From: Bilabrum cf. latius
Lineage: Eukaryota
Length of the DNA stretch: 64,000 bases
Assembly (NCBI GenBank): GCA_965178125.1
Contig: OZ237735.1
Location: 2,294,001 to 2,358,000, forward strand
Direction: 5' to 3'
Within the stretch, counting starts at the first letter, position 1. Every line of letters begins with the position of its first letter. The notes under the pieces are model-generated. The model was not told where the DNA came from, searched no databases, and saw only the letters and a list, made by a program, of their open reading frames with translations. A program made the translations under genes and the position numbers. Below, piece after piece: positions 13,526 to 26,200 of the stretch.

Positions 13526-16500
13526 TCATTGACCGCGTGGCTCGTACATCTTGGACTCTAAGGCCGCAGCCGCTCGAACGGTTGCAGCCAGTCCACCTTC
13601 CTGGATCGCGTGCCGGTCCCGTGGGGCCACGGAACCGCTGCCCTCTTCTATGACGGAAGTGCTTGCAACCGATTTGTCGCCGCCGAAGGCCCCGTGAACG
13701 GAGCGAACTCCGCGCAGCGCAGTGCTCCCAACCGACATGGTGGGCAATTTCTGCTGCAGTGACAGCCCGAGGCGCAGAAAGTCCTGGTCTTTGCCTATGG
13801 CAGTGCCTAGCTGCATCCTATCGCGATATAAAGGAGGCAGCGTGCTTGACCTTACCCCCTACAAATCTTGCACAGACTGCACAACGGGGCTTTGCGCATG
13901 GTGCAAAGTTGCCTTTGTGCCTGGCTAGACACCTCGCTGTCCGTCTTCGCCGTGCGGCGCCTTTCCTTCGCTTTTCGCTGCCCCCAGTCGCATCGATTGA
14001 ACGAGCGGGTCCTCTGAAGACCCACTTGCTTCAATGTGCCCTGCTGCTTGCTCCATTCCGTGAAGCATGCCCCGGGCAGCTCGCACCGTTTTCGACAGCG
14101 TGGCCTGCAGCGCGCCCCCACGAGCGAAGCTCTTAGACAGCGCATCTCCGGCCGATTCGTCAGGCAGAACGCCAGCAATTTGCCAGTCCTAGTGCCGCGC
14201 GCGGGCTGCCTACGCGCTGCGGGGTGTCAATTTGACGGGCGCAAGCTTGCCTGAGCCATGTGGCTTGCTCCCGTCGTGGGCTGCTTGGCGGATCGTGCCA
14301 GGCTAGAGTCGCCTGCGCTGCTCCTCAATGATCGTTTCCTGTCCGTACATGGACCGTTCCAGCGGGATCAAGGCGCCCTGCCTCTCTGTGACCGGCGACG
14401 AAATCAGGCTGAGAGCTCGAGCAGGCGGCAGTTGGTCCACATTGGTGCCGCTGGCAGGTCCCTGCCGCCTGCCATCCGTGTGCGGCTGCTACCCGTGGTG
14501 ATTCGGAGCTCCTGGGGTAACTACTCTAGCACGTGCTGCTTTCGGAGCTGACTATTCCCCAGTGTAAGAGTATGGCACGTGCTTGGTCGTTTCTGCCAAA
14601 CCCAAGCCAGACGCTGCCCCGTTCTAGTTCGCTTCGGGGGTGCTGCCGCCCGCCTCGCCTTCGCTGTCTCGATCCACTCCACCAATGCCCGACTATGCAA
14701 GGGACTTGTCTCCAGCATCGCTCCTGGTAGGGTATGCACCAGCCCGACTCGGAGCATTGGGCTTCTGCGAGTGCGATTCGCTCTCATCCTTGCCGGTAGC
14801 CTGAATGTCAGCTGCAACAATGCCATCATCGGCGCCACTATCCACCTCCTCATCAGCTGGTGCGTTCGCACCCGCTTGCTCTTTGCCCGCTGGCGAACCA
14901 GTATCAGTCTAGGCCTAGCTTTTCGATTCAGGTGAATCAGGGGCTCCATTCTCAGCGATTGCCCCACCGCTTGCTCCGACCTCACCACCAGCATTCTGGC
15001 TGTCTTCGTCCTGGGCGCCCTCCTTGTTAACGATTAGCTCTTTGCTGTCATCATGAACCCGCGATGCATTGGAGGTGTTGCTATTCTTCGGCGACGTCCC
15101 GGGTGAGCTAGTGGAAGCTTCAATAGCCCCAGCCGATTTGCTGCGGACCTCCGCGTCAACTTGCAGAGAATCGAAATCCGCAACCACCTTGACCGGCTGC
15201 ATGGTGCTAGTGCTAGCTTCCGCTCGGTTGCTACCTGTCGGTCGCGACGCCGAACGAAGCCCGACCGGCGGTTTCTTCCTCCGGCCGAGCCGCCTTCCCA
15301 GCAGTGCCAAAGGAACTTTCCCGCGCGAAGACTCGGTGGATGCCAGCAAGGCCTTCATCGCATCTTCGTACCGCATTCGCTTGCCCAGCTCGTGCTTGTC
15401 CTCGAGAGCCAAATGCTTGCTGAACGCAAGCGCAGTGACCTCGTCTGGCCGTTCGCTCGCTTGCTCGGCCTGGCTCGGCCTGCTTGCTCCATCAGTAGCG
15501 TGTTCATCCTCAATGGCCTAGAAGAGCTTTTGCACCGTTTCCCAGTCCTCACGAACTGCATCGCTATCGGACGTGTCATCTTCCTGCTCATCCGCTGGGT
15601 CCATCTTGGGGTCCCACACGCGAGAGCCCTGGCCAGCCTTCGAGGCCACCGTGCCGCTCGTGGCGGGGCCGGTGGACGACCGCCTGTGGCCATTTGGCCT
15701 CATCTTGCGCGCTACCGTTGACTCTCGTGCCGCGATCCTCACTGCTTTCCCAGCGGCCTCGAAGCCGATTACTGGCCGCAGCAGTGACATGTCACCCTTG
15801 CCCCCCGTGCTTCTCTGCTTGCAGGACAGCAGAAATGTGAGGGCTTCACGAGCGCCCGGGCGCTCTCGTCGATTCGGAGAGAGTAAGCGGATCAGCAGCG
15901 GCAGCATCAGCGGAGTGTGTCGGCGTGGGATCATTCGGGCAATGCGCGAGAGTAGCAGCCTGCGGTGCACTTTTCTGTGCTCTGACAGCAAGCCTCGTGC
16001 AGTCTTTGCCTCCTAAATGCTCTGCTTGGGATCGTCAAGCGCCCTAGGAAGACTCTTCTTTGGCTCTCTCAGTGCACTTTGTGGCCGCGGCTTGCCCCCA
16101 TGCTCCACAACGGGAGCCAGGCCGCAGTCCTCGCGATCGTCGGGAAGCAGCCCATACGTGCTCTTGTCGTGCGAGAAAGGGTGACTCAAGGTCGCGAGCT
16201 CGAGGAGGATCACCCCAAGCGCATACATGTCGTCCTCTGGCGTGGGCAGCGCGTCCTGCGAGGCAGCGCCGATCGCTTCCGCTCTCTCCGGGGACAGGTA
16301 CAGCGCGTCTGCAGAGGTCACAGACGGCACCGCAAGCACAGCTTTGGCCCCGTCGGGAGTGCTCTGATCGCGAAACCGCAGCTTCTTCACGAGCCTGTCC
16401 TTGGCTTTTCGCCGGCGCTTTGAGCGCATCCCAACGGTGGCGTCGGCACCGTCAGGCATGAGGGCATCGGCTCCAGCCGCGGCACCATCCGTCGGCGGCG

Positions 16501-19500
16501 CCACGAGGTCTGCGGGAATCACAGGGAGCTTCGCCACGCACACGGTCCAGCCAACCTCTGGCTGATCCTCGACCGGCACTTGCGGCCGAGGATCCCTCCT
16601 GGCTCTCCTGCCCTGCACAACCCCCTCTTGCTCGATGTCGTCGTCGACATGGTTCCAGGACCGATCCGACTGGGCGTACGCCCCGTCGTGGACGAACACT
16701 GCCCCTGGGATCAAGTTGCCGTGAGCAACACCGACGGAGTGCAGCTGCATGAGTGCCCTCGTCAACTGCAGTGCCCAGGCAAACAGCAGCCGCGGGCCAG
16801 GCCTGGCTGCCCGCTCGTTCTCGGCTCGGCCTCGTGCCAGCACCAGACGGAGAGCAAGCGTCTGGGGCGCTGCACCGGGGCCGTTCCAGCCTGAGATCGA
16901 TTCGGGTGCCCCCCTTCCGGGCCTGGGTCCAGGCACTAGGGGATGCGCCACCACGAGCCTCGATGCCCTCTTGTAGCGAAGGGGCTTGCCTCGCGGGCCA
17001 CCTGCCGTGGCAGACTCTGAAGCGCTTGCGTGGTCAGTCGAGGGCGCATGCACGGCTCGCTCCACCGCCGCCTCGTCAGCATCGGCCACCTCGTCGAGAA
17101 GCTTCCACCAGAGGATGGGGATTAGGTTTGTGCACCCCTTGGAAGCAATTTCCAGAAGTCGCATGCGTCTCGCCACTGCTTTCTCTGCATACGAACAGGC
17201 TGCTTCGGCCAGCCGGATTGGTATCTTGCCTGGTAGTGCAGTCAGCCACGGCTCAGCCATCCCCTACGCCTTCACTATCTGCATGCTGGCGTTCGGATCG
17301 GTGAGAACCGCGCCGCGACTGTGCGTGGGCACCATCGCCATGGAATCAGAGCCGCGTTGCAGCACGGTCGTTCGCGACGAGACGTCTTCGCCCTCCTCGC
17401 CAAACCCATCACCAATCGGAAGCACCGCGCCGTTCTCCAGCAGTTGTACGGCAGACTCGGCTGGAACACCAGGGACCAGTGCATGCGTCAGGCCCCGCCG
17501 CTCTTGCTGCCTGGAAACAAAAGGGACTTGCGTGGCTCCAATCTCGACGGATCGGACAACGATGAACCCCTGAGAGGACGAGGCAGCTGCTGACATGTTG
17601 GTGGCAACGGGCTGCGCGAGGTCTCGCTTGGTTTTCAGTGCAGTCTCGCTTCGAATGTCCTTCCGCGGTGCAAGTCCAGAAGCGACGGGGGGCAGGCGAA
17701 GCACCAATGAAGCGGAGGGATCCTCGGTTTCGATGCTGCGCAAATAGTTGGACTTGATCGCCTGGTCGATCGCATCGATTTCTCGCTGCGCCGCAATAGC
17801 ATCGTCGTATTCACCCTTTGATTTGTGTTCCTTGACCATCGTTGCCAGTGCATTTCGACGACCGTTCCGCTCGGCAAGAGCTAGGTCTGATGCCTTCACT
17901 ACCGTCACAGCCATCTCATTCAATCGAGACAATACGCCAAGTCCAGACACGGCTCTTGGCACCACGCCGGACTCGCTGCTACCTGCGGTTTCACGCCCCG
18001 CGTTACTGCAGGTGTCTGCGTCAGTGTCAGAGGTAATCGGGTCTGGCAGATCATCCCGTCCAGCTCCGCTAGCAGGACCATCCTTAGAACCCGCAGCTCC
18101 AATGGCATCTGATGCAGCCAGCTCGCTGTCCGGCTCGAGAAGTCCAGCATGCGCCCTGGCCTCGTCTTCAGCACGCTTCTTTGCCTCTGCAGCAGCAAGC
18201 TCAGCTTGTCTCGATTGCTCGAGCCGCTACTGCTCACGTTGCGCCTTTGCATGGTTGGTATGAATTTCTGTGACCAGAGCTGAGGCAGTCTTTGTCATGT
18301 GGTCCAGCAGAGACTGGGTCTCGGTTCTCACACCGGATGGGATACTTGCAAGCTTCACTGCCCGCTTGCGTGCCATAAGGACAGAGCGCGGTGACCTGGA
18401 TCCTGACGCGGACGGATCTGGCGGCAGCCCAGTTGCCATTGCATAGGAGCTGCCAAGCGTTCCAGACAGTGTGCCCTGCAGAGATGCAGCGGCATCGATT
18501 CCCATCAGGCCTCCCAGCGCCCCAAAGCCTTGCTCGTTGGGAGCAACCCGCCCCGTCCGTTTAGCCATGTAAGCAGCCCTTGAAGAGCTGTACGTTGCTT
18601 GCAATAGCATGGTCAAACCTGCATCTGCACCCTGCACGATCGATGGCCGGATTGTCGGATCGCGGAGAATGTGGTACTGCGAGGTTCCCGCCGCCGCGAG
18701 AGCCAGTCGTGGCGGTGCATCACCGTGTGAATGACTGCTTCTCGCTCTCTCGAGCTGAGCCAGTTCTTCCTGCGAGGCTTGCAGAAGTGCAAGAAGGCCT
18801 CCGGAAGGCGCGCTCTTCTCAGCCTCTTTCAGTCCACGGACCCACACGAGTCGGTTGAGACCCTTTACATCCCCTTCCACCTCCGCGATGATTCTGCGCC
18901 ACTCCTGCTGCAGCCGCGCCTGCGCGTCCCTGTCCGTTTCCGCTGGCGGACCCACCGCAATTAGCACCTCGCGAGAGAGGGGCAGAGCAGTGATGGCTTG
19001 CGACCCTCGGAGTTGCTTGGCTTTGGCAGCCTCCACGGCCGCGGCCGTTGACGGCCTGGAGTCGCCGTGACGATTCTTCTCGTCTTGTTTGAGCAGCCTG
19101 TCAAGCTCTAGCAGATTCGCTTCAGTTTCTTCCATAAGCATTCCTCTTCTAGTATGCTCACGGGCCGCACTGTCTTCCATTCTCTGCTTTGCAGCTTGCA
19201 GGCTCTGTTGCCGCCGCGAAACGCCGGCCTTGTGGCGAGCAGACAGGTGCTGCCGATGCTCTGGGCCGTAGGCGTTCCTTTGCGCGGTGTAGTTTGGCGA
19301 GGTCCACTGCATTTGCAATGAGTCAAGCTTCTTGGACGCCCGCTCGATGCACCTACGAGCCCGCCTCGAGTAAGCTTCAAACCAGTCGTAGTAGTCTCGT
19401 TCAAGACGCAGGGTCTCCTCGAGCGCCTCCAAGAGACGCTTCCCTGAGGACCCTTCCGATGACATGCCGGACTCGGGGTCCCGCACGGAGAGCCCAGAGC

Positions 19501-22500
19501 TGAAATCGATGCGGCCGCGCAGCAAGCGTGCTCGAGCAGTCATGTCTATGAGCCTTCTGCCAAAGTCCATGACGCGCTCACGTCTCCTTCGAGACCCTCG
19601 CATGGCTTGCCCCAGCCCGCTCGACGTTTCAGGTCTTGAAGCCGTACCTGGTCGAGATGTGGGCGGACTTCTATCCTAGTTGTGGGCTGATACTGCGTGC
19701 CAGATGCCACCGCTGATGACTTCGTCCTCAAAGCCTGTCTTGCCACCGCTCAATGGCACGATTCGCACGAGAGTGTCACCAACAACGACCCCTGCTGCCT
19801 CCGCCTCCGCCTGCCCCACGGTCATCCCGAGCCTCGGCTCCCACTTCATGTACTTTGCGTTGAGTTCTTCCAAATCTCCAAGGCTAGACTCCTCTGCAAG
19901 CTTCCCGGAGCTCTCGTCTTTGATTCGAAGGTTGTCTCGTGCAGCTGCCTACAGCATCCTCTGCCGCCCCTTCCGCTGCATGTACCTGAGTGCCCGCCGC
20001 AGCCTCTCGCGCAGCCGACAAGAGGCATGCCTGCCGCGGCTGAACTAGCCCTTCCATAGACCCTCTGGCAAGTAACTAGGCTCGGGCCAGTCGACGGAAG
20101 ATGCATCGCTTGTATCCGCTTCATCGTCCGTCCCTGGCTGCGACTGGACCGGCTGATCGTCGTCGAGATTACCACCGTCACGGAGCGTGTCAATGGCAAC
20201 TTTGAAGCCCTTCCCTAGAGCGAGATCCGAGTGCTTCTTGGTTACTGTCGAACCATCTGTTCCCTCGTTCTATTGATCGATTCCCCTCTGTTTCCGCATG
20301 GCCATCCTGGCTTTTTCTCTCGCCAGCGCAAGGCTGAGGTCCATCCACATGCGGCGCCTTGGTCCAGTCATCCATTGCGGTACAGGACCAGCAGGAAATG
20401 CTGCATCTTCGGCGCGGTCATCCTCAACTTCACTAGCCGACTCGTCGCCAGCTCCGATCATGGAGGCGTCTGCCGATAGTGCCTGCAGCTGCCCACCGGA
20501 CGATGGCTGAACCGACTTCTTGTCATGTCGTCGATCACTGCTGCTATCAGGCAGCCAGTCTGTTTCTGCTAGCTGGAGCCTTCCGCTCTTTGCATCTGCA
20601 GCTCTGGCTCCGGCCATAGTGGCCTCGTCTACCTTGGCGTTCGCAGACTGCAGCGACCTGGAAACTTTGCCTCCCGTTCCGAGGGCACTATCGATACGTG
20701 TTGCCGTTGCGCTTGCAAGTCTGCCAACGGCATCGGATGTCGATTGCAAGATCTTAGCATTTCCAACCGTGCCATCAGCCTACTTGCTCCCTGACGCTGG
20801 GCCGACGGCTGACCGTGAACCGCGGGCCCCACTGTCCTGCTGCCCCTGCTTCACAGCCTTCTCTGCCTCTACACCGAGCTGACCAAGAGCGTAGACATCG
20901 GCGCTATTTATTGCTACCGAGTAAGCGATCCTGGCAGCTGCTGCCTCCTGCTTGGCCTTCTCCTCCTTCACCACGTCGAGTGGCACGACGAAACGCTTCC
21001 GACCTGTCGCAGTCCTGAAGTCCTCTGGAATCTCCACCTGTGCGCCGCCTGGGCTGGATACAAGCTGCTGCAGCTGGGTCTGTAGCATGGTCTTCCGCCA
21101 CTCGGAGCTCTTCTTTGTCCACCCTCGCTCCACCCAATCCATGGCTTCGTCATCCGGTATCCTGCCGAGGCCGAGCTGCGCCAGGCTTGCCTTCATGTGA
21201 GCCGAGCCTGGGATCCCGAGCAGCTGCAGCATCTCTTTCCGCGAGAAACCCATCGACTGTGCAAGCCGCTTTGCTCTCTAGAACGCAAACTCCACGGGGT
21301 GCACAGAAAATTTAGGCCCGGAGTTCTCTAGCCGCCACGCCATGGTTCCGTCCACCCCGATCTCCCGTACCCAGACCTCCTCCCTTCTCCATTCCGGCAG
21401 TTCCACTCGTAGGCGCGATCCAGGGCCGAACTGGCCAAATATTTGAATTTGCAGCTTGGATCGAGTCTCGTCAGCTTGTTTAAGGGGCTGCAGCAGTGAC
21501 CTGAGATGCTCCCGAGCAGCCGCAGGGTCGGCTCCCTCTTGCCTCTCGTCAGGCATGCGGATCCTCGTACTCAGTTTATCGATTTCCTTGGAGTGCTTGG
21601 GTGCCAATTGTGAGGATTCTACGGTCATGATTGCCCTGGCTCCATCCTCAAATGCTGCGGCGAGTATCTCGTTGCCCTCCTCACGCAGCTGCGAGGCCCG
21701 CTCGCGCATGGGCTAGGACACAACTCGCCTTCGCCTTGCCTCTTCCTCCTTCTCTGGTATCGATGGAACCACGATAGCAGGGTTGTGCTTCAGCGGCGGG
21801 ACCAATCCGTGCTCGATCGGCCTAGCGATCAGAGCATTGACGGCGCTTCGGCCCGCAGACCAGTCCGATGCTCCAGTCGCAGGCGGCAGGGCGACCAGCC
21901 GGTCTGCTTCGAGCCGATCGGCTGCCTCCTACTGCCTCTCCTGGGCCATGGCGGCGTGAATCGCCTCGCGAATCTGTACTTCTTTCTTCTTCGCCGCGAT
22001 TTCTTCGGGCGTGAGTCGGGCGTCTGCTTCGTCCAGCCCGAGGCCTATTCCCCACCACGCATCATTTCCTAACCAAGATCCGTGTCTCTTCCTGTTTGTA
22101 CCAGCTGTTGCTACCATCGAATCCATACCGTGCTACGGATCTATCGAGGAATCTGAGTCGGTCTGATCCATCCAGCATGGCGAGCTAGTCAATCTTGAGG
22201 GCTCCGCGGAACCACCAGCGGACGCTTTCGCCCGTTGCCAGCGCTCCTCGTCCGACTCAGAGCTGTCTTCTGCCCCGTCATTCCCATCGGTGCCGAGCGA
22301 GGGGTCGGCGGCTTTCGATGCGGCCGCACTCGCGGCAGCTTGCCCGAGCGGCTTCTCACCAATGGCGGCCAGCCACTGGTCGCGACCGGCAGCCGAGAGA
22401 TCCAGCAGCTCCAAGCCGAAGCTTGTCTACTCTCCAGAGACTAAATTGCTTCCTACCAATATTTCTAACGCGCTATCACTCATACACGAAGGCCCATCGG

Positions 22501-23086
22501 CGCTAATTTCTGCCAGTTTGCGCTCGAGATCGCTGCTTGTCAGGACTGCGACGATTCGTCGATATCTGCTTAGTTCCTTCTTATCGGAAAGGGTCACTTG
22601 GGATGACGGCTCTTTCAGTGCCTATACTGCTTGCTTGTCCTGCTCGAAGACACGCGCCCAAAACTCCCCCTCGCTCTTGCGAGCAGACTCCCTGCTTCGG
22701 TGCAACCTCCGGTTCCTACGCGACTACGTGGTTGGGTCTTCCGCCCGCATGCGCCTACTTTCTTGTCTCATGTGTGGCTTCCTTGCTTGTAAAACCTCAT
22801 GTGGCTTGCTATTCTGCACACTACCCGTTGCTTTGTCTTTCCACGCCACACCGTTCGACGTGGGGTTCGGGACCCACCTGGTAGATCGAGCGATAGTTTC
22901 ATTGTCCTCAGCGGTGCAGCGAGCGCGAGCTTGTCTCCTAATTCGGGCATTGTATTCTCGCCGGACGGCAAGGATTTGACCAATTGCCCTAAGAAGCCGC
23001 CTTCGCGGGATGCGCAGCTGCAACGGAAACAGTAACCCACACGGAGGGTAGTACGCTTCTGAGGATCGATACCCCCCCGCCTGCAT
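13526..23086 (-). CDS. Giant (~3190 aa) coiled-coil protein with a degenerate protein-kinase (pseudokinase) domain at ~16100-17000 and a possible degenerate WW motif near the N-terminus
   Basis: Thirteen ORF fragments (13526 to 22724) share one frame. At least 20 in-frame TAGs and no TAA/TGA in the linkers I translated; ends TGA at 13526. Kinase C-lobe motifs: WALQLTRALMQLHSVGVAHGNL, YLSPERAE, DDMYALGVILLELATLSHPF. Start ATG 23086 tentative. Confidence 0.8.
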
Positions 23087-23253
23087 ACCACAGTATATGT
23101 ATATTCGATTAGAGCAAAAAGCGGCGTAGTACCTACTAGGAGTGCTTCTGTGTACCTCCACAAAGTTCTGCAACGGAAATGCGCTGTGTGATGAGTGCCC
23201 CGAGGCGCTTGGCTGCTTGCTTGCAATAAAACTGACCGAATTTGCGCGATGAA

Positions 23254-26200
23254 TTACGCATGCGTGAGTCCTTCCTCCCCCAGCCAGGATTTAGAGGCAC
23301 CTTTCCACGGTCCCATCCATCCAGCGCCTCGCGCAAGTCCGTGCCTGCCGCTGGCAGCGCCGGCCCCTGCCCATCCGGAGAGAGAGCCAAGCCCACCCAT
23401 AGGCCCCGCTTCAGACATCCCGCTGCGCATTGCCAGCCCAACGGAGGCTACAGGGGCAACAGCAACAGCCCCAGCTCCCTCGGCGCCACCGAGCACCGTC
23501 CCAGTCCCCTTCGAATCAGTCGCACCGGATCCTCTGCTGCCCGCGGAGGCCACTGACAGCCCAGTCTCGGCCCACAGCAGTTCCGCCTCCCCAATGTCCC
23601 GCGCAGCGGCACACACCCTCCCAACTGCGCCCAGCACGCCGGCAAGACCCGCCCCACCGCGCGAGGCAGAGCTGGGCGTGCCTGAATCCCTGTCCTGGGA
23701 CACATCCCTGGGGCCGTTCGCTGCAGCGCGCCGCATCGGGGCCTGACTTGAGGCACCGAACACCGCGATGCAGCTGCGGAGCTCCCTGACGTAGTCGGAT
23801 TGCACCGACCCCGACGCGGCGGTAAATGCCGCTGCCGCGTCGCGAAGATCGGCCGGAGACCACGACCCGCTCTGGTCAACACCGTGGCGTTGAGGTCCGG
23901 ACCAAGCCCGAAGCAGCTTCCATCCCCCACCAGCCTTCACGAGCGCTGCTGCGAGCATGAGCACGGCAGCGGCAGGACCGCACACGTGCAAATTCGTTCG
24001 GATGACAGGCACGTCCACCCCGCCGCAAGACGAGCCGAGCAGAGACCCGCCTTCCGCTTGCGATATCTCGGGGGACCTGCTGGCGCTCCATCCACCGGTG
24101 AGAACCTCGCAGCCACCTCCTGCCACGAATCCAGCGGCTGCTACAAGCCTCACCATAGCTTGACTCTCGGCAGATGTTGGCTTCGCGGAGTCGTGGGTGG
24201 GTAGAAGCCTGCCCAGCCCACCGGAAGGACCAGTAGCTCCGTCCCTCCCTGCTCCGCTCGCGGCAGGCGTGACCTGAGATGCCTTTGGCGCGACTGCGCC
24301 AGGTGGCCTCGCTAAGCTGCGAGTGGCGTCTGTCCCACGGCTTCTATGCGACGGCACTGCCGTCTCCTCATCGGCGGTGGTTCCAGCCGTGCGTCCCAGC
24401 TGGGCTGACGTTTTGAGCGCCCTCCCCGAGATGAGGAGAGCTGACACAACGCATGCTGCCAGCCCGCGAACGATGCTAAGTTGGTCATTTCTAGTCCCCA
24501 TTCCAGCGGTGTCATCATCCGGCTCGTTGCCGGCAAGGAGTGCCTTGAGGTCGTCAAGCTCGCCGTCGTCATCGCCACCACTCGTCGCTCCCGACCATCG
24601 TCCATCGCCACGAGACTCGGCTATTGACAGCTGCATGGATCGTAGCTGCATGGCTGCAGCCCCCAAAAGAATCATAGAAGAAGGCAGCCACTGCGCCGAA
24701 CCTACCTCAAGCGCATCTGCCAGCCTGCGGCCGACTGCCACGGCCCCGATGCGGGCCACTGGATCAGACTCGTCCAGGGCAGCTGCCGCAGCCTGCGACG
24801 GGTCGGGAGCGTCCACGCTGCCAGCCACAGGGACCTACAAGCCAGCAATCGCAGCGGATGCAGCATGACTATCGCTGCCACCAGTCAGTGCAAGCCCGTC
24901 GAGAACAGAGGACCTTGCCCTCGAGGATTGAATCCACTGCCACAGCGTAAGCGACGCAGCCCCGCCAACTGACATGGCCAGCCTAGTAGCGCTGGCGGCC
25001 CCGTCTGCAGTTCCCGTAGCCAGCACATTTCCACTCAGGCTGACCTGTTGCGGGTCCATTAGTCTAGTCCGTTGCCATTCTCCCGAAGCTGAACTCTGGC
25101 TGCGATCGTCCCGCACGCTCCGGTCCACGTGTTCCAGGTGTCCGGGTGCCACTTCGTGCGATTCCAGGACGATTTCGCGCCAGAACTAGCGCTCTCCCGC
25201 CCTGAGTGCACCGGCAGCCGTCGAGATTCCGGCAGCCGCCTGCCGAACACCAACAGAGGAAGCATCGAGTTTTGATGGCATGCTATCTTCCACACCGGGC
25301 GCGAGTCGCACGGCCATAAGACCAGATAGCTGCGAAGTCGCTGCACCGGCATCCCCGACCCTGTCACCCGAGGGGTTGCCCACCGCCATGGATGCAACAG
25401 CCTGCTTTGCGCTCGTCGCGCTCGATAACGAGACCTGAATGCCCTGGCACCTTGCATCTGCGCCGGCTTCGTCCCCACCGCTTGCAGCCTCGCCACCCTA
25501 TGCGCTGGCACTCCGAGGCCGTTCCTGCGCCCCACCAGCCGCAATGCTAGCTCGGCGCGTCGACTCCACCCCGGCTTCTGAAACGATTTCCCTGCCATCG
25601 GTGTGTCCCGGGATATGCATGCTGCCGTCGAGCCCGAACACGGCATTGCGAGCAATGCCAGCAATCTCGGCTGCCCTGTGACTGGATTCCGTCCCAAGCC
25701 TGGCCCCGAGCGACGGGACAGGCACGCCGCAAAACACGGATTCGGCAGGGACGAGTCTTGCCTGCTGCAGGCTCCAGACGAGGAGCGGCCGATCAGGAGG
25801 GTGTGGGCCCCCGATTGATCTGGTGAGCGCGGCGCCGGCGGCAACGCCGGCACCTGACCGCCCCCGAAGGTGGTGCGAGGCAGGGTTGCATGCGTCCACG
25901 GAAGCATCTGATGTAGTGCCCAACAAATGCTTAAGCGCACCAGCTACTGGCTGCACGGCAGCGCCACACGTTGTGCGATCAAGTGAGTTCAGAAGCTCTT
26001 GCGTGCACAACGCATCGAGGGCCTGCCTGCCGTGGGCAGCAGCCCTGGCTGAGACAGCGTCTGCTTGCTTGAGCCCGCCTCGGTGCGCATTGCAGGCCGC
26101 CGCAGAGTACAGTTGCAGCGCGCTCGCCACGATTGAGCTGCTCACGGCGATGCCAGCCGGGCCCTCCCCAGGCCTGACAAGGCTCGCATCCGCCCCTTGC

